A stretch of 61,983 nt of DNA, the filler included, from Globobulimina sp. (taxonomy: Eukaryota), in the NCBI GenBank assembly GCA_003354225.1. It is 15 parts of 15 records of this genome, joined end to end, with 100 filler letters (N's around TTAATTAATTAA, not from the genome) between each part and the next. Parts side by side here need not be neighbours in the genome. Positions count along the whole stretch, not along the records: positions 53,815 to 57,849 come from PIVH01001705.1; positions 57,950 to 61,983 come from PIVH01001706.1; 13 more parts are not named here. One strand, 5' to 3'. The notes beneath the pieces are model-generated. The model saw only the letters and a list, made by a program, of their open reading frames with translations. It was not told the origin of the DNA and did not search any database. The first letter of the stretch is position 1. The number at the start of each line of letters is the position of its first letter. Shown piece after piece: positions 53,923 through 61,983 of the stretch. The translations under genes were made by a program, and so were the position numbers.

Positions 53923-55599
53923 GTGGTTAAATGCGAAATTCAGAAATTGAAGCGTCAATGCAAACAAAAAGAGAAATTGGAATTAAGACAATTAAAAATT
54001 GAGAAAGTAAGATTGGAAAAAAAAACCAATAAAAATCAAATTAAACGTGAACGTAAAGAAAAAGAGAAATTGCAGCGAGAGGTTAGACAGTTTGAGAGAA
54101 ATCATCGAATTAGCAAAAACATTGCATATTTTAATAGCACACATTGTTGGTGTGTCCGGCAAAAGATCGCTCCGAAGAATTTTATGTTTAACATATCACC
54201 GTCAGACGTTTTTCTTTGTTCATCGTGCAAAACAATAATTTTATGATAAGCAAATCATTCATTTTCGAACAAAAACACATCACAGAACTCATCAAAAACA
54301 AATCAAATGAAGACGAGCAAAGTGCACAATCACATCAGTACAACGAAGCTATCATCGATCAATTGCTTGAACTACAAATAGGTGAATTAGTATATTATAT
54401 TCATGCACGTTCACACAAATTAACCTAAATATTTACCATTACATAGGCACCAAATCGCAAATCATATCTGCTATGCAACAGGTACAAAATAAAAATAATA
54501 TCGAGGAAATTGCGGAATATTTAATGTCAATGACAATGAATGATAAAACTAATTCAACTCAACAAAATAAAGAAAATCAACAAAGTGACAAAATTAATAC
54601 ATTAACTGCAATGGGCTATGATCTCAATTTAGTCAAAAAAGCACTAGAAATATCAAATAATAATATTCAAACTGCAGCACAACAGCTCATTGATGGATTA
54701 ATAGACTATTCAAAATTAAAAGGCATTGAATTTGATGATGTGAATGACAAAAAGAAAATATATAAAGGTGCATTAATACAAATCGTTGGCAATAATCACA
54801 AAAACCCAGTGATTGATTATTGGAATGAGTCAAATATTGGAGCATCATTTCATAGCTCATTGCGTGGATTGGTTGGTATAATAACATATATTGACTCAAA
54901 CAATCAAACCATTAAAATAGAAACAAGTGATGAAAAACAACACATTGTTCCAATTAAAGCATGTTTAGCTATAAAATATGAGACAAAAACAGATAGAAAG
55001 GATAAAGTATTAGTAACTGGTTACATACATTGTTGGTTGAATGCGTATAACAAACCTAATGTTCCTCCATTAATTGTCCAATTATGTTATGAATTTTATC
55101 ATGTTGTTAAGTTATTTGCTTATATTCACACAGAACACACATGCATCCAAACTATTATATTTATAATAAGGTTCGTTTAAGGTTAGTTTGTGATGATTGT
55201 AAAGAAAAAGAGATATTAATAACGAGGAATGCATGCAAATTATCAAACTATTTGAACTCAATCAATATATTAAATAGTTCGCTGAGTGCATTGTATATTG
55301 CAGATTTAAAGTATGATGTAATGGAATTAGTGGTTAAATGGTTATGTTATCACAATGGGATTGAACCAAAAACCATTCCCAAACCAATAACCAGTCTTGT
55401 AATGAAAGAGATTGTCGGTGATATTTGGGATGCGGATTATATTAATTGTATGAGTAAGAAAACAATATTTCAGGTTGTTTTGGCTGCCAATAACTTGCAA
55501 ATCACTCATTTATTAAATTTAGGTTCTGCTAAAATTGCGACGTTGATCAAAGGGAGGTCTCCTGAAGAAATACGCCAAATTTTAGCTGATGATGATTGA
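53923..55599 (+). CDS. Multi-exon protein with UBA-like domain(s) and a C-terminal Skp1 domain; 5' boundary uncertain
   Basis: UBA motif LTAMGYDLNLVKKALEISNNNIQTAAQQL. Skp1 motifs WDADYIN..IFQVVLAANNLQITHLLNLGSAKIATLIKGRSPEEIR. Intron-like gaps at ~54382-54446 and ~55106-55170. Confidence 0.7.
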
Positions 55600-56134
55600 C
55601 AAGATACAAATCAAGCAAATCAAGATGAAAATGTGCAAAAAAAAGTAAAAATGTATCAAATTAATGAGAATAAAAATGACCCAAATTGTGGTGTTGTATA
55701 TTAAGTTGAACTTTGTCCCTAATAAACTACAGTAACATGGCATCTTCGAAAAGAAAACAAAATGCCAAAGCTACAAAAAAACATAAACGAACAATAACAT
55801 CACCGCCAAAAATTGAGACACATAAATTTAAAAAAAGAAAAAATCATACAAGTTTGGAAGAGATACATTATATTGTGTATGTTTTTTAATTTCTATGAGT
55901 AATTTTACGTTGTTGTTCTTTGGAACGCTTTATTAAATATACGTACATTCACGCCTTCATTTACCTGCAACGAAGACAGTTGCTAAATATAAACAATTTA
56001 ATCAGTACTGAATTTTTCTGCTGTTCCAAAACTTTATTATTAAAGGAAAAAAGAAAGAAGAATTCACAACTTAGTGCTCTCAAACGGCTGTCATACACAA
56101 CACCCGCATATCACAACCAATCCTATTCAACAAC

Positions 56135-57849
56135 ATGCTTTATTGCATTGGTAATAATTGGTGTGGTGAATTTGGTGATGGTGATACAAAAGATAAACAA
56201 CAATTAAGTGCACCAAATTGGAACCAAAACCTACGAATTTCACAGATTTATAATGGATTTGGATTCAGTATTTATCAAGATTCAAACAATAGATTTTATT
56301 CTGCCGGACATAATGAGTATGGATCATGTATTCAAGAAAAGAAAGAAGATAAAATGATGAAAGCATGCAATATCAAATCATTACAAGGAATCGCAATTAA
56401 ATCCATATTTTGTAATCCAGTCTATTTATCATATCATGGCTTTATATTAACAAAAGAGAATAAATTATATGGATTTGGCAAGAATGGCCGTGGACAATTA
56501 GGTGATGGTACATTATCAAATAAATATTCATTAACAGAGATCCCATTCAATCATGGCATTATTAAAGATATTAAATGTTCTGATTATTATTCATTATTAT
56601 TAACAATGTCCGGTGAGGTTTATGCCACTGATTATTCTGAGTATGGTGGTAATGGACAAAAAGTAGAAAATGAGAATGGAGAAAAAAGATGGAATTGTAT
56701 CGAATGGACAGTCAAAGATGGATGGTTTACAAATAAAAAGCATAAACTTACAAATATTGCAAAAATCGCCAGTGGTTACGGACATTCTCTTTGTTTAGAC
56801 TCAAATGGCAATGTATTATCATTTGGACTTAATGTTACTGGTTATTTAGGATTAGGTACAAAAGATAAAAATCCACATATTAAACCAACAGTAATTCCAT
56901 TCGAATTCACGATTTCTGTGATTGATATTTGTTGTGGTAGTTCGCATTCACTTTTATTATGTTCCAATGGCAATATATTTACATTTGGATCCAATAGAAA
57001 TGGCAAATGTGGCCATGGATATTCAGGCGAAGCAATAACAAGACATAAAAAAGTGGATAGTTTGAAAGATATAAAAATGAAACAGATATTATGTGGTTCT
57101 TCTCATTCCGCCGCAATCACTGCAAATAATGAAATATATCTCTTTGGATATAATGATGTTAATCAATGTATAATATCCACATACGATGCGTCCACAGATA
57201 AACCAATTATTATTAATAAATATATTGAAGAAACGTATAAGAAACAAGTGATTGGCATAACACTCGGAAGGAACAACACAAAGATCTTATTATCAGATAA
57301 TAAAAATATTAAAGCAAATATTGAAGAAAAAGAAATAGATAAAAATGAGGTATTTGATGTTGAAAGAAAAGAAGAAATGAAATCAGCAGCAACAGAGAAA
57401 TGGAAAGAAAGAAATAGTGTAAATATTTGGTTAAAACAAGTGGTAAAATTAGGAGAATATTGTGAATTATTTGAAGAGAATGGTTTTGATAATATGCTAA
57501 TTATTGCCTCGATGACTGAGAAACATTTAAAAGAGATTGGTATTAAAAAAAGCGGCCATCGAATGAAAATTATGTTTTTTATAAACGAAATGAGAAATAA
57601 ATCAAATATTAATATTAATATCAAAGAGAGAGAGAAAAATGTGGTCAAAGAATGGTTAACAACGACAGTGGGACTCGGACAATATTTTAATAATTTTATC
57701 GAGGATGGCTATGAGGATATGATTACAATTACAAATAGTATCAATGAACAGGATTTAATCGATATGGCCATCCACAAAAAAGGACATCGCAAAAGAATTC
57801 TTATTTTCATTCGAAAATATAAAAATAAAAATGAGCAAATTCATCAATA
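56135..57849 (+). CDS. RCC1-repeat protein with two C-terminal SAM domains
   Basis: RCC1 repeats GFGKNGRGQLGDG, IASGYGHSLCL..GNVLSFG and CGSSHS; SAM motifs WL..VKLGEY..LFEENGFD..LKEIGIKKSGHRMKI (twice). Confidence 0.9.
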
Positions 57850-58185
57850 NNNNNNNNNNNNNNNNNNNNNNNNNNNNNNNNNNNNNNNNNNNNTTAATTA
57901 ATTAANNNNNNNNNNNNNNNNNNNNNNNNNNNNNNNNNNNNNNNNNNNNTATGTGATTGCTAAAATATCTAGCAAATAAATGCTGTTTAATAATGACTGA
58001 TTACGTAACATATTGTCTCAATATGCAATATATAACTCATATTTAAATGAGAATAAGTCGACAACATTTGTGATTTTTCTCACCAAATATTTTGAAGTAA
58101 AAACATTTACACTTGAGTGCAAGGACATGATTAAAAACAACGAACAATGAATAATACAATAAAACATTTAAATCATTACACAATA

Positions 58186-59802
58186 TCACTCATTTACTTT
58201 GACCTCGTCTTCATAATATTCTCTAGACCCTTGCCTTCGTACTAGTTGTTCCTGATTACGGTTAACATCATTGTCCTCATCCTGTGTAGCGACTGCTTGA
58301 TATAAATGATCTTGCATCGGTACATCCGTTGTATCCATTGGCAACAATAAAGAAGCCATAAACGCAACAATTCCCGTACAGCCATACAGCCACATTCCCA
58401 GTGTAATGGCCATATCCTCCGCGGCAAACGTAGTCCCAATGCCTGCAGTCCTCCCCAATGCCACTGCGCCGCCGAGCGCCGACGCACGCACAGTGGTTGG
58501 GTAATATTCGCTGAAATAGATAAATATCATCATATACGACACAGAGATCCACATTCTGGCAAAGAAAACCAGTGCAATGCCAACAATATCGAAATCCTGT
58601 ATCGATTTTATGATCAGTAACAAACAGCAGGTAGCAAACACAAAAAACGACCAAGTGAGTGCCCGTTTCCTCCCAATACGGTCAATTAACAGCACACCGA
58701 CTACCAACGCAGGTATTTCTGAGGCAGTCGTGATCATCATTTGTTGGTACACATCGCCGGAGGCATAGAGCTGCTCAAAATAGCGCTCAGATATGAATGA
58801 AATGCCATAATATCCAAACACGCAGACCCAGAAAATTGTGTATAACTTGGCAGAGGTTGCTCTATACGTTGGCTGCGTGAATATCTCTATGCAGCTAGCA
58901 CCGTTTTCTGGTATTTCCCTTTTCAATGTGCCAGCTGGCAATGGTTTGTTATTGAATGTCGAGACATAGTTCAATTGCTGGACAGCTTCATCGTATTTGC
59001 CCGCTGCGCTCAAATAACGCACTGATTCAGGGACCACCCAAAATAAAAAAGTGACAATCCATAAGGGGATCGATGACAAAGTTACGTAATATCTCCAGCT
59101 GAGGTTCTCCAATGTAACCCATGCTAAAAACACTGAAAACAAGGCACCAAAACTCCAAAAAGCTTGCTGTACGCTGTAGGTGCGGCAGTTGTATGTATTA
59201 CTCACAAATTGTATGATGATACAAACATACACTAAGAGTTTACCGCGTTGTTTGACAGGGAGGTATTCAGCAAATAGTGTGTATCCAACACAGCCGCCAC
59301 CAATGAATATGCCGACTAGGAATCTTATCACTAGCATAGCAGCTAAATTAGGGGCAATACCGGATAGAAAGCCAAATACGGCACAACCTGCGTTTGCAGT
59401 GATCACCACTTTTCTTCTGCCGATTCTGTCCGCGAGTATGGATAGGATGATGCCACCAATTAACATTCCAAAAAATACCACTGCGCCAATGAATGATACA
59501 ACTATACCACTTAACTCCCACTCTTTCGCTAATGTGGGTAAAAGGAAGGATAACAACATCATTTCCATGGCATCTGCGGCCCAGACTGAACCCGTCAAGA
59601 ATAATAAACGAAGCTGAAATAAACCAACTCCTAAAAATGGGCCTTTACCTATGGTGTTTATTGCGTGGTCCACTGAGTATTCTACTTTTATGTCATCTTC
59701 TGAGACAATGCGATGTTCGTTGTTTGGATTATTGTCTTTATTGTCGTCTAATAGTTGTGGATCGATTTGTTTTTGTTCTGGAACAAGTTCAGTTCCAATC
59801 AT
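58186..59802 (-). CDS. MFS transporter, SV2/SVOP-like
   Basis: WAADAMEMMLLS, LADRIGRR, EYLPVKQRG, VPESVRYL, IDRIGRK and EYYPTTVRA. A short in-frame intron is likely at ~59175-59230. Confidence 0.9.
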   Translation of the reverse strand: MIGTELVPEQKQIDPQLLDDNKDNNPNNEHRIVSEDDIKVEYSVDHAINTIGKGPFLGVGLFQLRLLFLTGSVWAADAMEMMLLSFLLPTLAKEWELSGIVVSFIGAVVFFGMLIGGIILSILADRIGRRKVVITANAGCAVFGFLSGIAPNLAAMLVIRFLVGIFIGGGCVGYTLFAEYLPVKQRGKLLVYVCIIIQFVSNTYNCRTYSVQQAFWSFGALFSVFLAWVTLENLSWRYYVTLSSIPLWIVTFLFWVVPESVRYLSAAGKYDEAVQQLNYVSTFNNKPLPAGTLKREIPENGASCIEIFTQPTYRATSAKLYTIFWVCVFGYYGISFISERYFEQLYASGDVYQQMMITTASEIPALVVGVLLIDRIGRKRALTWSFFVFATCCLLLIIKSIQDFDIVGIALVFFARMWISVSYMMIFIYFSEYYPTTVRASALGGAVALGRTAGIGTTFAAEDMAITLGMWLYGCTGIVAFMASLLLPMDTTDVPMQDHLYQAVATQDEDNDVNRNQEQLVRRQGSREYYEDEVKVNE

Positions 59803-59921
59803 GTTGTTATTGCATTTTCTTAAGTGTTTTTTTTGAGTAATGCTGCGGTCGGATTTTTTAACATAAAAAACGCTGGAATGAATCCGATTTTTGTCAAACA
59901 AGGGATGCGTCAGTGGTTCGC

Positions 59922-60908
59922 CTATAATTCATTCTTTGTGAGTTCGAATAATGGGCAAAAATAATGGAATACAGTCGGTGTACAGAGATAAAATTTTAAG
60001 TTTTTATATTTTGTTCCTTTTGAGTATTGTCCATGAGTTTGTTTTTTATGATACACATATTCGATAAATGTAATGTCATTTGCTAACAAAAAATATTGTC
60101 TACGCAATAGGTTAATCACCATAAATAAAACAAAAAACCCGCCAAATACCAAAATAATTGTCCATAAATATGTCAATATCCATTTCACATTCAAAAACAA
60201 TGATATTTTAGTAACTGTTTTATAAGACATTATAATAAATAATATAAACAAATATGGGACGATAAAAAGAGTAAACGCAAAATAGTAATTTAGAAATTGT
60301 ATAAAATGTCTATGCGTATTATATCCAATGCATTTATTTAGCCATAAACAATGATGATCCAGTCGATCAATGCAAATATTACATTGACTGCAATGATGAG
60401 TTCGTGGCGGTTTGTAATGGTGACATATTTCACAGTATTTATGCTCATTATTATTAACTTCCATTTTGTTTTCAATAACATTCATTCTCACACTGCCCAG
60501 GTTATTATCAGTATTTGTTTGACAATGGGTTGGTATCAATGGCATTGTATTTATTTCACCATTCCAATTTTTCCATTTTATGTCAATTGGTCCAGGATGT
60601 TTATATAATACAATTATTGCATTTATCAATGATAAAATAGAGAATGTGCTGACAAATATCAGTGTGATACTAATATATATCGATGGTAATCTATTTGTTA
60701 ATATTGTCGAGGTATACATGATCCAAATGGATCCATTTGATATCCACAATAATGTCCAAAATATTGGCATATAATTTTTATATCTACATTTTAATAAACA
60801 TTTACAACAAAAATAACAACAACAGCATGCATATTTCAGTTGTTCTAAAATGTCCTCAAATCCGGCTTCTTTGATTTCCGTCGTGCGACCAACAAACTCG
60901 TCACTCAT
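59922..60908 (-). CDS. DHHC palmitoyltransferase
   Basis: CEICHHYKPPRTHHCSQCNICIDRLDHHCLWLNKCIG and four TM segments. Confidence 0.95.
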   Translation of the reverse strand: MSDEFVGRTTEIKEAGFEDILEQLKYACCCCYFCCKCLLKCRYKNYMPIFWTLLWISNGSIWIMYTSTILTNRLPSIYISITLIFVSTFSILSLINAIIVLYKHPGPIDIKWKNWNGEINTMPLIPTHCQTNTDNNLGSVRMNVIENKMEVNNNEHKYCEICHHYKPPRTHHCSQCNICIDRLDHHCLWLNKCIGYNTHRHFIQFLNYYFAFTLFIVPYLFILFIIMSYKTVTKISLFLNVKWILTYLWTIILVFGGFFVLFMVINLLRRQYFLLANDITFIEYVYHKKQTHGQYSKGTKYKNLKFYLCTPTVFHYFCPLFELTKNEL

Positions 60909-60976
60909 GTTTCTAGCAATTTATTTTACACTCAAAAACTGCGCAAACACACAATGTGAAACAAAGGTTTTCCTTA

Positions 60977-61922
60977 TCATTGGTCCGATAACTTTGATTT
61001 AGTAAAGAATTTCTTGTCCAATTTAACTTGTTTGGATGTTGATGTAGTGTAAACATTTTGAGTGTTCTTTTTTGGTGGTTTAGCGTTATAAAATATTGCT
61101 TTTACAGTTCTATATGTTAATGACACTCTGTATCCATAGATATCATTTATTATAAATCCATGCTTATATTTATATCTTGAATCACCACTCATAAAATATA
61201 CCGATCGCGGAGGCAATACAACCTTAACCATATCATACGTATTATCTTTGTGTTGAAATGACATTATTGATTTACTGCATAAACTTATTCCACACAATAA
61301 TTCTTCAAAAGCACCTCTTTGATCAAAATGAAGCAATAACTCATTATGTGACTCATATTCATTCACAAATAATTCATTAAAATCATTTGCTTTCATTGAT
61401 AATTTATTACGCAATGAAGCAGAGGGTATATTTGAACACGAATTCCAAAAATTACTGATACGTTTTCCGATCTGTTTGGATAATGGCGGTATTTGTGTAA
61501 AATATTTGCTACTCGACACAACTCGATACATTTCATCCATTGGTGGCCCGTAATGCTGGCACCTGCGCGTTCCTGCGCGATTTAGAATCCCTATTTTTAC
61601 TCCATTTGTGTTGATTTATTTCTGTTAATATATCTTTTGATTCCTGTGCAGTGATAAATTCTTTATATAAATATAAGCCAGGAACAGTTGTTTGGTAGTT
61701 CAAAATATCAAATTTGAATGAATTCGAATGTTTATTTCTTTTATTGTTATCATGAAGAATCCATTTCTTTTTCTCTTCATCGCATTTTAAGTCCAAATGC
61801 ATATTGATTTGAGCCAATAACACTCTGTCACCACATTTTGGACATTTTGTTACTTTATGCTTGGAATTATTGCACTCATTCTTTTTGTTTTTCTTTTTAT
61901 TTTTTAATTTTGGACATTCCAA
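60977..61922 (-). pseudogene. UBZ zinc finger plus AlkB-family 2OG-Fe(II) dioxygenase, frameshifted by a 10-nt insertion
   Basis: CPKCGDRV..INMHLDLKC (UBZ), PGLYLYKEFIT..E, HxD (LHFD), YKHG and RVSLTYR. Removing 10 nt within 61562-61579 restores KSRRCQHYG in one frame. Confidence 0.65.
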
Positions 61923-61983
61923 ATCAATATGAAAATTAATTTGTGTGCTTAGTAATGATTTATTGCATAATGGACATTTAATC

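Overview
The window is not one chromosome segment. It is 15 unrelated ~4.03-4.04 kb contigs joined by 14 artificial 100-nt linkers (N44-TTAATTAATTAA-N44), so neighbourhoods mean something only within a contig. Fourteen contigs look like an AT-rich, gene-dense microbial eukaryote with short (mostly ~50-65 nt) GT-AG introns. The gene repertoire (PPR, PTxxPT-stalk membrane proteins, Cys-rich surface proteins, ART-like and caspase-like genes, TM-RGS) suggests a foraminiferan-like rhizarian, which is an inference. Contig 45544-49579 is the standout: a compact Polinton/Maverick (adintovirus)-type virion module bounded by perfect 119-bp inverted repeats. It encodes a double-jelly-roll major capsid protein on the minus strand. 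Divergently, on the plus strand, it encodes a two-finger C2H2 protein whose stop overlaps (TAATG) the start of an A32/FtsK-type packaging ATPase, and the ATPase Walker A motif forms only after splicing. Between the two units lies an array of ten 20-bp palindromes at ~52-bp phase, bracketed by inverted CTCF-like motifs and next to a RevDR2-like nuclear-receptor site. No pPolB, integrase, protease or minor capsid gene is present. The contig may be a segment of a multipartite polintovirus, a helper-dependent satellite, or the unique arm of a larger inverted-repeat genome. The 119-bp repeat length probably reflects the assembler k-mer, so the true ends are not seen. All family calls come from motif recognition by eye; no searches were run.
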